The position numbers and the translations under genes were made by a program. From the NCBI GenBank assembly GCA_964016885.1, contig OZ024745.1, positions 45,074,001 to 45,138,000 of the forward strand: a DNA stretch of 64,000 bases, read 5' to 3'. Below are positions 9,428 through 24,400 of the stretch, piece by piece; the first letter of the stretch is position 1, and every line of letters begins with the position of its first letter. The notes under the pieces are model-generated. The model worked only from the letters and a program-made list of their open reading frames with translations. It searched no databases and was not told the origin of the DNA. This stretch comes from Eledone cirrhosa. Its lineage: Eukaryota.

Positions 9428-12400
9428 GGTTATGAATAGAGTGAGAGGACTGATAGGGATAGGCATTGATAGATATAGAGAGGGGGAGAGTTTGGTAGAG
9501 ATGAATAGAGTGAGAGGATTGAGAGAGATAGGTATTGAGAGATATAGAGAGGGGGAGAGTTTGGTAGAGATGAATAGAGTGAGAGGATCGATAGGGGTAG
9601 GTATTGAGAGATATAGAGAGGGGCAGAGTTTGGTAGAGATGAATAGAGTGAGAGGATTGAGAGAGATAGGTACTGAGAGATATAGAGAGGGGGAGAGTTT
9701 GGTAGAGATGAATAGAGTGAGAGGATTGAGAGAGATAGGTATTGAGAGATATAGAGAGGGGGAGAGTTTGGTAGAGATGAATAGAGTGAGAGGATTGAGA
9801 GAGATAGGTATTGAGAGATATAAGAGGGGGAGAGTTTGGTAGAGATGAATAGAGTGAGAGGATTGAGAGAGATAGGTATTGAGAGATATAGAGAGGGGGA
9901 GAGTTTGGTAGAGATGAATAGAGTGAGAGGATTGAGAGAGATAGGTATTGAGAGATATAGAGAGGGGGAGAGTTTGGTAGAGATGAATAGAGTGAGAGGA
10001 TCGATAGGGGTAGGTATTGAGAGATATAGAGAGGGGGAGAGTTTGGTAGAGATGAATAGAGTGAGAGGATTGAGAGAGATAGGTACTGAGAGATATAGAG
10101 AGGGGGAGAGTTTGGTAGAGATGAATAGAGTGAGAGGATTGAGAGAGATAGGTATTGAGAGATATAGAGAGGGGGAGAGTTTGGTAGAGATGAATAGAGT
10201 GAGAGGATTGAGAGAGATAGGTATTGAGAGATATAAGAGGGGGAGAGTTTGGTAGAGATGAATAGAGTGAGAGGATTGAGAGAGATAGGTATTGAGAGAT
10301 ATAGAGAGGGGGAGAGTTTGGTAGAGATGAATAGAGTGAGAGGATTGAGAGAGATAGGTATTGAGAGATATAGAGAGGGGGAGAGTTTGGTAGAGATGAA
10401 TAGAGTGAGAGGATTGAGAGAGATAGGTACTGAGAGATATAGAGAGGGGGAGAGTTTGGTAGAGATGAATAGAGTGAGAGGACTGATAGAGATAGGTATT
10501 GAGAGATATAGAGAGGGGGAGAGTTTGGTAGAGATGAATAGAGTGAGAGGATCGATAGGGATAGGTATTGAGAGATATAGAGAGGGGGAGAGTTTGGTAG
10601 AGATGAATAGAGTGAGAGGATTGAGAGAGATAGGTATTGAGAGATATAGAGAGGGGGAGAGTTTGGTAGAGATGAATAGAGTGAGAGGACTGATAGAGAT
10701 AGGTATTGAGAGATATAGAGAGGGGGAGAGTTTGGTAGAGATGAATAGAGTGAGAGGACTGATAGAGATAGGTATTGAGAGATATAGAGAGGGGGAGAGT
10801 TTGGTAGAGATGAATAGAGTGAGAGGATTGAGAGAGATAGGTATTGAGAGATATAGAGAGGGGGAGAGTTTGGTAGAGATGAATAGAGTGAGAGGATCGA
10901 TAGGGATAGGTATTGAGAGATATAGAGAGGGGGAGAGTTTGGTAGAGATGAATAGAGTGAGAGGATTGAGAGAGATAGGTATTGAGAGATATAGAGAGGG
11001 GGAGAGTTTGGTAGAGATGAATAGAGTGACAGGACTGATAGAGATAGGTATTGAGAGATATAGAGAGGGGGAGAGTTTGGTAGAGATGAATAGAGTGAGA
11101 GGATCGATAGGGATAGGTATTGAGAGATATAGAGAGGGGGAGAGTTTGGTAGAGATGAATAGAGTGAGAGGATTGAGAGAGATAGGTATTGAGAGATATA
11201 GAGAGGGGAAGAGTTTGGTAGAGATGAATAGAGTGAGAAGATTGAGAGAGATAGGTATTGAGAGATATAGAGAGGGGGAGAGTTTGGTAGAGATGAATAG
11301 AGTGAGAGGATTGAGAGAGATAGGTATTGAGAGATATAGAGAGGGGGAGAGTTTGGTAGAGATGAATAGAGTGAGAGGATTGAGAGAGATAGGTATTGAG
11401 AGATATAGAGAGGGGGAGAGTTTGGTAGAGATGAATAGAGTGAGAGGATTGAGAGAGATAGGTATTGAGAGATATAGAGAGGGGGAGAGTTTGGTAGAGA
11501 TGAATAGAGTGAGAGGACTGATAGAGATAGGTATTGAGAGATAGAGAGAGGGGGAGAGTTTGGTAGAGATGAATAGAGTGAGAGGATTGAGAGAGATAGG
11601 TATTGAGAGATATAGAGAGGGGGAGAGTTTGGTAGAGATGAATAGAGTGAGAGGATCGATAGGGATAGGTATTGAGAGATATAGAGAGGGGGAGAGTTTG
11701 GTAGAGATGAATAGAGTGAGAGGATTGAGAGAGATAGGTATTGAGAGATATAGAGAGGGGGAGAGTTTGGTAGAGATGAATAGAGTGAGAGGACTGATAG
11801 AGATAGGTATTGAGAGATATAGAGAGGGGGAGAGTTTGGTAGAGTTGAATAGAGTGAGAGGATCGATAGGGATAGGTATTGAGAGATATAGAGAGGGGGA
11901 GAGTTTGGTAGAGATGAATAGAGTGAGAAGATTGAGAGAGATAGGTATTGAGAGATATAGAGAGGGGGAGAGTTTGGTAGAGATGAATAGAGTGAGAGGA
12001 TTGAGAGAGATAGGTATTGAGAGATATAGAGAGGGGGAGAGTTTGGTAGAGATGAATAGAGTGAGAAGATTGAGAGAGATAGGTATTGAGAGATATAGAG
12101 AGGGGGAGAGTTTGGTAGAGATGAATAGAGTGAGAGGATTGAGAGAGATAGGTATTGAGAGATATAGAGAGGGGGAGAGTTTGGTAGAGATGAATAGAGT
12201 GAGAGGATTGAGAGAGATAGGTATTGAGAGATATAGAGAGGGGGAGAGTTTGGTAGAGATGAATAGAGTGAGAGGATCGATAGGGATAGGTATTGAGAGA
12301 TATAGAGAGGGGGAGAGTTTGGTAGAGATGAATAGAGTGAGAGGATTGAGAGAGATAGGTATTGAGAGATATAGAGAGGGGGAGAGTTTGGTAGAGATGA

Positions 12401-15400
12401 ATAGAGTGAGAGGATTGAGAGAGATAGGTATTGAGAGATATAGAGAGGGGGAGAGTTTGGTAGAGATGAATAGAGTGAGAAGACTGATAGAGATAGGTAT
12501 TGAGAGATATAGAGAGGGGGAGAGTTTGGTAGAGATGAATAGAGTGAGAGGATCGATAGGGATAGGTATTGAGAGATATAGAGAGGGGGAGAGTTTGGTA
12601 GAGATGAATAGAGTGAGAGGATTGAGAGAGATAGGTATTGAGAGATATAGAGAGGGGGAGAGTTTGGTAGAGATGAATAGAGTGAGAGGATTGAGAGAGA
12701 TAGGTATTGAGAGATATAGAGAGGGGGAGAGTTTGGTAGAGATGAATAGAGTGAGAGGATCGATAGGGATAGGTATTGAGAGATATAGAGAGGGGGAGAG
12801 TTTGGTAGAGATGAATAGAGTGAGAGGATTGAGAGAGATAGGTATTGAGAGATATAGAGAGGGGGAGAGTTTGGTAGAGATGAATAGAGTGAGAGGATTG
12901 AGAGAGATAGGTATTGAGAGATATAGAGAGGGGGAGAGTTTGGTAGAGATGAATAGAGTGAGAGGATTGAGAGAGATAGGTATTGAGAGATATAGAGAGG
13001 GGGAGAGTTTGGTAGAGATGAATAGAGTGAGAAGACTGATAGAGATAGGTATTGAGAGATATAGAGAGGGGGAGAGTTTGGTAGAGATGAATAGAGTGAG
13101 AGGACTGATAGAGATAGGTATTGAGAGATATAGAGAGGGGGAGAGTTTGGTAGAGATGAATAGAGTGAGAGGATCGATAGAGATCGGTATTGAGAGATAT
13201 AGAGAGGGGGAGAGTTTGGTAGAGATGAATAGAGTGAGAGGATCGATAGAGATCGGTATTGAGAGATATAGAGAGGGGGAGAGTTTGGTAGAGATGAATA
13301 GAGTGAGAGGACTGATAGAGATAGGTATTGAGAGATATAGAGAGGGGGAGAGTTTGGTGGAGATGAATAGAGTGAGAGGATTGAGAGAGATAGGTATTGA
13401 GAGATATAGAGAGGGGGAGAGTTTGGTAGAGATGAATAGAGTGAGAGGATCGATAGGGATAGGTATTGAGAGATATAGAGAGGGGGAGAGTTTGGTAGAG
13501 ATGAATAGAGTGAGAGGACTGATAGAGATAGGTATTGAGAGATATAGAGAGGGGGAGAGTTTGGTAGAGATGAATAGAGTGAGAGGACTGATAGAGATAG
13601 GTATTGAGAGATATAGAGAGGGGGAGAGTTTGGTGGAGATGAATAGAGTGAGAGGATCGATAGAGATCGGTATTGAGAGATATAGAGAGGGGGAGAGTTG
13701 GGTAGAGATGAATAGAGTGAGAGGATCGAGAGATATAGAGAGGGGGAGAGTTTGGTAGAGATGAATAGAGTGAGAGGAATGATAGAGATAGGTATTGAGA
13801 GATATAGAGAGGGGGAGAGTTTGGTAGAGATGAATAGAGTGAGAGGACTGATAGAGATAGGTATTGAGAGATATAGAGAGGGGGAGCGTTTGGTAGAGAT
13901 GAATAGAGTGAGAGGACTGATAGAGATAGGTATTGAGAGATATAGAGAGGGGGAGAGTTTGGTAGAGATGAATAGAGTGAGAGGACTGATAGAGATAGGT
14001 ATTGAGAGATATAGAGAGGGGGAGAGTTTGGTAGAGATGAATAGAGTGAGAGGACTGATAGAGATAGGTATTGAGAGATATAGAGAGGGGGAGAGTTTGG
14101 TAGAGATGAATAGAGTGAGAGGACTGATAGAGATAGGTATTGAGAGATATAGAGAGGGGGAGAGTTTGGTGGAGATGAATAGAGTGAGAGGATTGAGAGA
14201 GATAGGTATTGAGAGATATAGAGAGGGGGAGAGTTTGGTAGAGATGAATAGAGTGAGAGGATTGAGAGAGATATGTATTGAGAGATATAGAGAGGGGCAG
14301 AGTTTGTTAGAGATGAATAGAGTGAGAGGATTGAGAGAGATAGGTATTGAGAGATATAGAGAGGGGGAGAGTTTGGTGGAGATGAATAGAGTGAGAGGAT
14401 CGATAGAGATCGGTATTGAGAGATATAGAGAGGGGGAGAGTTTGGTGGAGATGAATAGAGTGAGAGGATCGATAGAGATCGGTATTGAGAGATATAGAGA
14501 GGGGGAGAGTTTGGTGGAGATGAATAGAGTGAGAGGATCGATAGAGATCGGTATTGAGAGATATAGAGAGGGGGAGAGTTTGGTAGAGATGAATAGAGTG
14601 AGAGGATTGAGAGAGATAGGTATTGAGAGATATAGAGAGGGGGAGAGTTGGGTAGAGATGAATAGAGTGAGAGGATCGAGAGATATAGAGAGGGGGAGAG
14701 TTTGGTAGAGATGAATAGAGTGAGAGGATCGATAGGGATAGGTATTGAGAGATATAGAGAGGGGGAGAGTTTGGTAGAGATGAATAGAGTGAGAGGATTG
14801 AGAGAGATAGGTATTGAGAGATATAAAGAGGGGGAGAGTTTGGTAGAGATGAATAGAGTGAGAGGACCGATAGAGATAGGTATTGAGAGATATAGAGAGG
14901 GGGAGAGTTTGGTGGAGATGAATAGAGTGAGAGGATTGAGAGAGATAGGTATTGAGAGATATAGAGAGGGGGAGAGTTTGGTAGAGATGAATAGAGTGAG
15001 AGGATTGAGAGAGATAGGTATTGAGAGATATAGAGAGGGGGAGAGTTTGGTAGAGATGAATAGAGTGAGAGGATTGAGAGAGATAGGTATTGAGAGATAT
15101 CGAGAGGGGGAGAGTTTGGTGGAGATGAATAGAGTGAGAGGATCGATAGAGATCGGTATTGAGAGATATAGAGAGGGGGAGAGTTTGGTGGAGATGAATA
15201 GAGTGAGAGGATCGATAGAGATCGGTATTGAGAGATATAGAGAGGGGGAGAGTTTGGTGGAGATGAATAGAGTGAGAGGATCGATAGAGATCGGTATTGA
15301 GAGATATAGAGAGGGGGAGAGTTTGGTAGAGATGAATAGAGTGAGAGGATTGAGAGAGATAGGTATTGAGAGATATAGAGAGGGGGAGAGTTTGGTAGAG

Positions 15401-18400
15401 ATGAATAGAGTGAGAGGATCGAGAGATATAGAGAGGGGGAGAGTTTGGTAGAGATGAATAGAGTGAGAGGATTGAGAGAGATAGGTATTGAGAGATATAG
15501 AGAGGGGGAGAGTTTGGTAGAGATGAATAGAGTGAGAGGACTGATAGAGATAGGTATTGAGAGATATAGAGAGGGGGAGAGTTTGGTAGAGATGAATAGA
15601 GTGAGAGGATTGAGAGAGATAGGTATTGAGAGATATAAAGAGGGGGAGAGTTTGGTAGAGATGAATAGAGTGAGAGGATTGAGAGAGATAGGTATTGAGA
15701 GATATAAAGAGGGGGAGAGTTTGGTAGAGATGAATAGAGTGAGAGGATTGAGAGAGATAGGTATTGAGAGATATAGAGAGGGGGAGAGTTTGGTAGAGAT
15801 GAATAGAGTGAGAGGATTGAGAGAGATAGGTATTGAGAGATATAGAGAGGGAGAGAGTTTGGTAGAGATGAATAGAGTGAGAGGATTGAGAGAGATATGT
15901 ATTGAGAGATATAGAGAGGGGGAGAGTTTGGTAGAGATGAATAGAGTGAGAGGACTGATAGAGATAGGTATTGAGAGATATAGAGAGGGGGAGCGTTTGG
16001 TAGAGATGAATAGAGTGAGAGGACTGATAGAGATAGGTATTGAGAGATATAGAGAGGGGGAGAGTTTGGTAGAGATGAATAGAGTGAGAGGACTGATAGA
16101 GATAGGTATTGAGAGATATAGAGAGGGGGAGAGTTTGGTAGAGATGAATAGAGTGAGAGGACTGATAGAGATAGGTATTGAGAGATATAGAGAGGGGGAG
16201 AGTTTGGTAGAGATGAATAGAGTGAGAGAACTGATAGAGATAGGTATTGAGAGATATAGAGAGGGGGAGAGTTTGGTAGAGATGAATAGAGTGAGAGGAT
16301 CGATAGGGATAGGTATTGAGAGATATAGAGAGGGGGAGAGTTTGGTAGAGATGAATAGAGTGAGAGGATTGAGAGAGATAGGTATTGAGAGATATAGAGA
16401 GGGGGAGAGTTTGGTAGAGATGAATAGAGTGAGAAGATTGAGAGAGATAGGTATTGAGAGATATAGAGAGGGGGAGAGTTTGGTAGAAATGAATAGAGTG
16501 AGAGGATTGAGAGAGATAGGTATTGAGAGATATAGAGAGGGGGAGAGTTTGGTAGAGATGAATAGAGTGAGAGGATTGAGAGAGATAGGTATTGAGAGAT
16601 ATAGAGAGGGGGAGAGTTTAGTAGAGATGAATAGAGTGAGAGGATCGATAGGGATAGGTATTGAGAGATATAGAGAGGGGGAGAGTTTGGTAGAGATGAA
16701 TTGAGTGAGAGGACTGATAGAGATATGTATTGAGAGATATAGAGAGGGGGAGAGTTTGGTAGAGATGAATAGATTGAGAGGATTGAGAGAGATAGGTATT
16801 GAGAGATATAGAGAGGGGGAGAGTTTGGTAGAGATGAATAGAGTGAGAGGATCGATAGGGATAGGTATTGAGAGATATAGAGAGGGGGAGAGTTTGGTAG
16901 AGATGAATAGAGTGAGAGGATTGAGAGAGATAGGTATTGAGAGATATAGAGAGGGGGAGAGTTTGGTAGAGATGAATAGAGTGAGAGGAATGATAGAGAT
17001 AGGTATTGAGAGATATAGAGAGGGGGAGAGTTTGGTAGAGATGAATAGAGTGAGAGGATCGATAGGGATAGGTATTGAGAGATATAGAGAGGGGGAGAGT
17101 TTGGTAGAGATGAATAGAGTGAGGGGATCGATAGGGATAGGTATTGAGAGATATAGAGAGGGGGAGAGTTTGGTAGAGATGAATAGAGTGAGAGGATTGA
17201 GAGAGATAGGTATTGAGAGATATAGAGAGGGGGAGAGTTTGGTAGAGATGAATAGAGTGAGAAGACTGATAGAGATAGGTATTGAGAGATATAGAGAGGG
17301 GGAGAGTTTGGTAGAGATGAATAGAGTGAGAGGACTGATAGAGATAGGTATTGAGAGATATAGAGAGGGGGAGAGTTTGGTAGAGATGAATAGAGTGAGA
17401 GGACTGATAGAGATAGGTATTGAGAGATATAGAGAGGGGGAGAGTTTGGTAGAGATGAATAGAGTGAGAGGACTGATAGAGATAGGTATTGAGAGATATA
17501 GAGAGGGGGAGAGTTTGGTGGAGATGAATAGAGTGAGAGGATTGAGAGAGATAGGTATTGAGAGATATAGAGAGGGGGAGAGTTTGGTAGAGATGAATAG
17601 AGTGAGAGGATTGAGAGAGATAGGTATTGAGAGATATAGAGAGGGGGAGAGTTTGGTAGAGATGAATAGAGTGAGAGGATTGAGAGAGATATGTATTGAG
17701 AGATATAGAGAGGGGCAGAGTTTGTTAGAGATGAATAGAGTGAGAGGATTGAGAGAGATAGGTATTGAGAGATATAGAGAGGGGGAGAGTTTGGTGGAGA
17801 TGAATAGAGTGAGAGGATCGATAGAGATCGGTATTGAGAGATATAGAGAGGGGGAGAGTTTGGTGGAGATGAATAGAGTGAGAGGATCGATAGAGATCGG
17901 TATTGAGAGATATAGAGAGGGGGAGAGTTTGGTGGAGATGAATAGAGTGAGAGGATCGATAGAGATCGGTATTGAGAGATATAGAGAGGGGGAGAGTTTG
18001 GTAGAGATGAATAGAGTGAGAGGATTGAGAGAGATAGGTATTGAGAGATATAGAGAGGGGGAGAGTTGGGTAGAGATGAATAGAGTGAGAGGATCGAGAG
18101 ATATAGAGAGGGGGAGAGTTTGGTAGAGATGAATAGAGTGAGAGGATTGAGAGAGATAGGTATTGAGAGATATAGAGAGGGGGAGAGTTTGGTAGAGATG
18201 AATAGAGTGAGAGGACTGATAGAGATAGGTATTGAGAGATATAGAGAGGGGGAGAGTTTGGTAGAGATGAATAGAGTGAGAGGATCGATAGGGATAGGTA
18301 TTGAGAGATATAGAGAGGGGGAGAGTTTGGTAGAGATGAATAGAGTGAGAGGATTGAGAGAGATAGGTATTGAGAGATATAAAGAGGGGGAGAGTTTGGT

Positions 18401-21400
18401 AGAGATGAATAGAGTGAGAGGACTGATAGAGATAGGTATTGAGAGATATAGAGAGGGGGAGAGTTTGGTGGAGATGAATAGAGTGAGAGGATTGAGAGAG
18501 ATAGGTATTGAGAGATATAGAGAGGGGGAGAGTTTGGTAGAGATGAATAGAGTGAGAGGATTGAGAGAGATAGGTATTGAGAGATATAGAGAGGGGGAGA
18601 GTTTGGTAGAGATGAATAGAGTGAGAGGATTGAGAGAGATAGGTATTGAGAGATATAGAGAGGGGGAGAGTTTGGTAGAGATGAATAGAGTGAGAGGATT
18701 GAGAGAGATAGGTATTGAGAGATATCGAGAGGGGGAGAGTTTGGTGGAGATGAATAGAGTGAGAGGATCGATAGAGATCGGTATTGAGAGATATAGAGAG
18801 GGGGAGAGTTTGGTGGAGATGAATAGAGTGAGAGGATCGATAGAGATCGGTATTGAGAGATATAGAGAGGGGGAGAGTTTGGTGGAGATGAATAGAGTGA
18901 GAGGATCGATAGAGATCGGTATTGAGAGATATAGAGAGGGGGAGAGTTTGGTAGAGATGAATAGAGTGAGAGGATTGAGAGAGATAGGTATTGAGAGATA
19001 TAGAGAGGGGGAGAGTTTGGTAGAGATGAATAGAGTGAGAGGATCGAGAGATATAGAGAGGGGGAGAGTTTGGTAGAGATGAATAGAGTGAGAGGATTGA
19101 GAGAGATAGGTATTGAGAGATATAGAGAGGGGGAGAGTTTGGTAGAGATGAATAGAGTGAGAGGACTGATAGAGATAGGTATTGAGAGATATAGAGAGGG
19201 GGAGAGTTTGGTAGAGATGAATAGAGTGAGAGGATTGAGAGAGATAGGTATTGAGAGATATAAAGAGGGGGAGAGTTTGGTAGAGATGAATAGAGTGAGA
19301 GGATTGAGAGAGATAGGTATTGAGAGATATAAAGAGGGGGAGAGTTTGGTAGAGATGAATAGAGTGAGAGGATTGAGAGAGATAGGTATTGAGAGATATA
19401 GAGAGGGGGAGAGTTTGGTAGAGATGAATAGAGTGAGAGGATTGAGAGAGATAGGTATTGAGAGATATAGAGAGGGAGAGAGTTTGGTAGAGATGAATAG
19501 AGTGAGAGGATTGAGAGAGATATGTATTGAGAGATATAGAGAGGGGGAGAGTTTGGTAGAGATGAATAGAGTGAGAGGACTGATAGAGATAGGTATTGAG
19601 AGATATAGAGAGGGGGAGCGTTTGGTAGAGATGAATAGAGTGAGAGGACTGATAGAGATAGGTATTGAGAGATATAGAGAGGGGGAGAGTTTGGTAGAGA
19701 TGAATAGAGTGAGAGGACTGATAGAGATAGGTATTGAGAGATATAGAGAGGGGGAGAGTTTGGTAGAGATGAATAGAGTGAGAGGACTGATAGAGATAGG
19801 TATTGAGAGATATAGAGAGGGGGAGAGTTTGGTAGAGATGAATAGAGTGAGAGAACTGATAGAGATAGGTATTGAGAGATATAGAGAGGGGGAGAGTTTG
19901 GTAGAGATGAATAGAGTGAGAGGATCGATAGGGATAGGTATTGAGAGATATAGAGAGGGGGAGAGTTTGGTAGAGATGAATAGAGTGAGAGGATTGAGAG
20001 AGATAGGTATTGAGAGATATAGAGAGGGGGAGAGTTTGGTAGAGATGAATAGAGTGAGAAGATTGAGAGAGATAGGTATTGAGAGATATAGAGAGGGGGA
20101 GAGTTTGGTAGAAATGAATAGAGTGAGAGGATTGAGAGAGATAGGTATTGAGAGATATAGAGAGGGGGAGAGTTTGGTAGAGATGAATAGAGTGAGAGGA
20201 TTGAGAGAGATAGGTATTGAGAGATATAGAGAGGGGGAGAGTTTGGTAGAGATGAATAGAGTGAGAGGATCGATAGGGATAGGTATTGAGAGATATAGAG
20301 AGGGGGAGAGTTTGGTAGAGATGAATAGTGTGAGAGGATTGAGAGAGATAGGTATTGAGAGATATAGAGAGGGGGAGAGTTTGGTAGAGATGAATAGAGT
20401 GAGAGGATTGAGAGAGATAGGTATTGAGAGATATAGAGAGGGGGAGAGTTTGGTAGAGATGAATAGAGTGAGAAGACTGATAGAGATAGGTATTGAGAGA
20501 TATAGAGAGGGGGAGAGTTTGGTAGAGATGAATAGAGTGAGAGGATCGATAGGGATAGGTATTGAGAGATATAGAGAGGAGGAGAATTTGGTAGAGATGA
20601 ATAGAGTGAGAGGATTGAGAGAGATAGGTATTGAGAGATATAGAGAGGGGGAGAGTTTGGTAGAGATGAATAGAGTGAGAGGATCGATAGGGATAGGTAT
20701 TGAGAGATATAGAGAGGGGGAGAGTTTGGTAGAGATGAATAGAGTTCGAGGATTGAGAGAGATAGGTATTGAGAGATATAGAGAGGGGGAGAGTTTGGTA
20801 GAGATGAATAGAGTGAGAGGATCGATAGGAATAGGTATTTAGAGATATAGAGAGGGGGAGAGTTTGGTAGAGATGAATAGAGTGAGGGGATCGATAGAGA
20901 TAGGTATTGAGAGATATAGAGAGGGGGAGAGTTTGGTAGAGATGAATAGAGTGAGAGGATCGATAGGGATAGGTATTGAGAGATATAGAGAGGTGGAGAG
21001 TTTGGTAGAGATGAATAGAGTTAGAGGATTGAGAGAGATAGGTATTGAGAGATATAGAGAGGGGGAGAGTTTGGTAGAGATGAATAGAGTGAGAGGACTG
21101 ATAGAGATAGGTATTGAGAGATATAGAGAGGGGGAGAGTTTGGTAGAGATGAATAGAGTGAGAGGATTGAGAGAGATAGGTATTGAGAGATATAGAGAGG
21201 GGGAGAGTTTGGTAGAGATGAATAGAGTGAGAGGATTGAGAGAGATAGGTATTGAGAGATATAGAGAGGGGGAGAGTTTGGTGGAGATGAATAGAGTGAG
21301 AGGATCGATAGAGATCGGTATTGAGAGATATAGAGAAGGGGGAGAGTTTGGTGGAGATGAATAGAGTGAGAGGATCGATAGAGATCGGTATTGAGAGATA

Positions 21401-24400
21401 TAGAGAGGGGGAGAGTTTGGTGGAGATGAATAGAGTGAGAGGATCGATAGAGATCGGTATTGAGAGATATAGAGAGGGGGAGAGTTTGGTAGAGATGAAT
21501 AGAGTGAGAGGACTGATAGAGATATGTATTGAGAGATATAGAGAGGGGGAGAGTTTGGTAGAGATGAATAGAGTGAGAGGATTGAGAGAGATAGGTATTG
21601 AGAGATATAGAGAGGGGGAGAGTTTGGTAGAGATGAATAGAGTGAGAAGACTGATAGAGATAGGTATTGAGAGATATAGAGAGGGGGAGAGTTTGGTAGA
21701 GATGAATAGAGTGAGAGGATCGATAGGGATAGGTATTGAGAGATATAGAGAGGAGGAGAATTTGGTAGAGATGAATAGAGTGAGAGGATTGAGAGAGATA
21801 GGTATTGAGAGATATAGAGAGGGGGAGAGTTTGGTAGAGATGAATAGAGTGAGAGGATCGATAGGGATAGGTATTGAGAGATATAGAGAGGGGGAGAGTT
21901 TGGTAGAGATGAATAGAGTTCGAGGATTGAGAGAGATAGGTATTGAGAGATATAGAGAGGGGGAGAGTTTGGTAGAGATGAATAGAGTGAGAGGATCGAT
22001 AGGAATAGGTATTTAGAGATATAGAGAGGGGGAGAGTTTGGTAGAGATGAATAGAGTGAGGGGATCGATAGAGATAGGTATTGAGAGATATAGAGAGGGG
22101 GAGAGTTTGGTAGAGATGAATAGAGTGAGAGGATCGATAGGGATAGGTATTGAGAGATATAGAGAGGTGGAGAGTTTGGTAGAGATGAATAGAGTTAGAG
22201 GATTGAGAGAGATAGGTATTGAGAGATATAGAGAGGGGGAGAGTTTGGTAGAGATGAATAGAGTGAGAGGACTGATAGAGATAGGTATTGAGAGATATAG
22301 AGAGAAGGAGAGTTTGGTAGAGATGAATAGAGTGAGAGGATTGAGAGAGATAGGTATTGAGAGATATAGAGAGGAGGAGAGTTTGGTAGAGATGAATAGA
22401 GTGAGAGGATTGAGAGAGATAGGTATTGAGAGATATAGAGAGGGAGAGAGTTTGGTGGAGATGAATAGAGTGAGAGGATCGATAGAGATCGGTATTGAGA
22501 GATATAGAGAAGGGGGAGAGTTTGGTGGAGATGAATAGAGTGAGAGGATCGATAGAGATCGGTATTGAGAGATATAGAGAGGGGGAGAGTTTGGTGGAGA
22601 TGAATAGAGTGAGAGGATCGATAGAGATCGGTATTGAGAGATATAGAGAGGGGGAGAGTTTGGTAGAGATGAATAGAGTGAGAGGACTGATAGAGATATG
22701 TATTGAGAGATATAGAGAGGGGGAGAGTTTGGTAGAGATGAATAGAGTGAGAGGACTGATAGAGATAGGTATTGAGTGATATAGAGAGGGGGAGAGTTTG
22801 GTAGAGATGAATAGAGTGAGAGGATCGATAGGAATAGGTATTGAGAGATATAGAGAGGGGGAGAGTTTGGTAGAGATGAATAGAGTGAGAGGATCGATAG
22901 AGATAGGTATTGAGAGATATAGAGAGGGGGAGAGTTTGGTAGAGATGAATAGAGTGAGAGGATTGAGAGAGATAGGTATTGAGAGATATAGAGAGGGGGA
23001 GAGTTTGGTAGAGATGAATAGAGTGAGAAGACTGATAGAGATAGGTATTGAGAGATAGAGAGAGGGGGAGAGTTTGGTAGAGAAGAATAGAGTGAGAGGA
23101 CTGATAGAGATAGGTATTGAGAGATATAGAGAGGGGGAGAGTTTGGTAGAGATGAATAGAGTGAGAGGATCGATAGGGATAGGTATTGAGAGATATAGAG
23201 AGGGGGAGAGTTTGGTAGAGATGAATAGAGTGAGAGGATTGAGAGAGATAGGTATTGAGAGATATAGAGAGGGGGAGAGTTTGGTAGAGATGAATAGAGT
23301 GAGAGGATTGAGAGAGATAGGTATTGAGAGATATAGAGAGGGGGAGAGTTTGGTAGAGATGAATCGAGTGAGAGGATTGAGAGAGATAGGTATTGAGAGA
23401 TATAGAGAGGGGGAGAGTTTGGTAGAGATGAATAGAGTGAGAGGATTGAGAGAGATAGGTATTGAGAGATATAGAGAGGGGGAGAGTTTGGTGGAGATGA
23501 ATAGAGTGAGAGGATCGATAGAGATCGGTATTGAGAGATATAGAGAGGGGGAGAGTTTGGTGGAGATGAATAGAGTGAGAGGATCGATAGAGATCGGTAT
23601 TGAGAGATATAGAGAGGGGGAGAGTTTGGTGGAGATGAATAGAGTGAGAGGATCGATAGAGATCGGTATTGAGAGATATAGAGAGGGGGAGAGTTTGGTA
23701 GAGATGACTAGAGTGAGAGGACTGATAGAGATATGTATTGAGAGATATAGAGAGGGGGAGAGTTTGGTAGAGATGAATACAGTGAGAGGACTGATAGAGA
23801 TAGGTATTGAGAGATATAGAGAGGGGGAGAGTTTGGTAGAGATGAATAGAGTGAGAGGATCGATAGGGATAGGTATTGAGAGATATAGAGAGGGGGGGAG
23901 TTTGGTGGAGATGAATAGAGTGAGAGGATCGATAGAGATCGGTATTGAGAGATATAGAGAGGGGGAGAGTTTGGTAGAGATGAATAGAGTGAGAGGATCG
24001 ATAGATATAGGTATTGCGAGATATAGAGAGGGGGAGAGTTTGGTAGAGATGAATAGAGTGAGAGGATCGATAGGTATAGGTATTGAGAGATATAGAGAGG
24101 GGGAGAGTTTGGTAGAGATGAATAGAGTGAGGGGATCGATAGAGATAGGTATTGAGAGATATAGAGAGGGGGAGAGTTTGGTAGAGATGAATAGAGTGAG
24201 AGGATCGATAGAGATAGGTATTGAGAGATATAGAGAGGGGGAGAGTTTGGTAGAGATGAATAGAGTGAGAGGATTGAGAGAGATAGGTATTGAGAGATAT
24301 AGAGAGGGGGAGAGTTTGGTAGAGATGAATAGAGTGAGAGGACTGATAGAGATAGGTATTGAGAGATATAGAGAGGGGGAGAGTTTGGTAGAGATGAATA

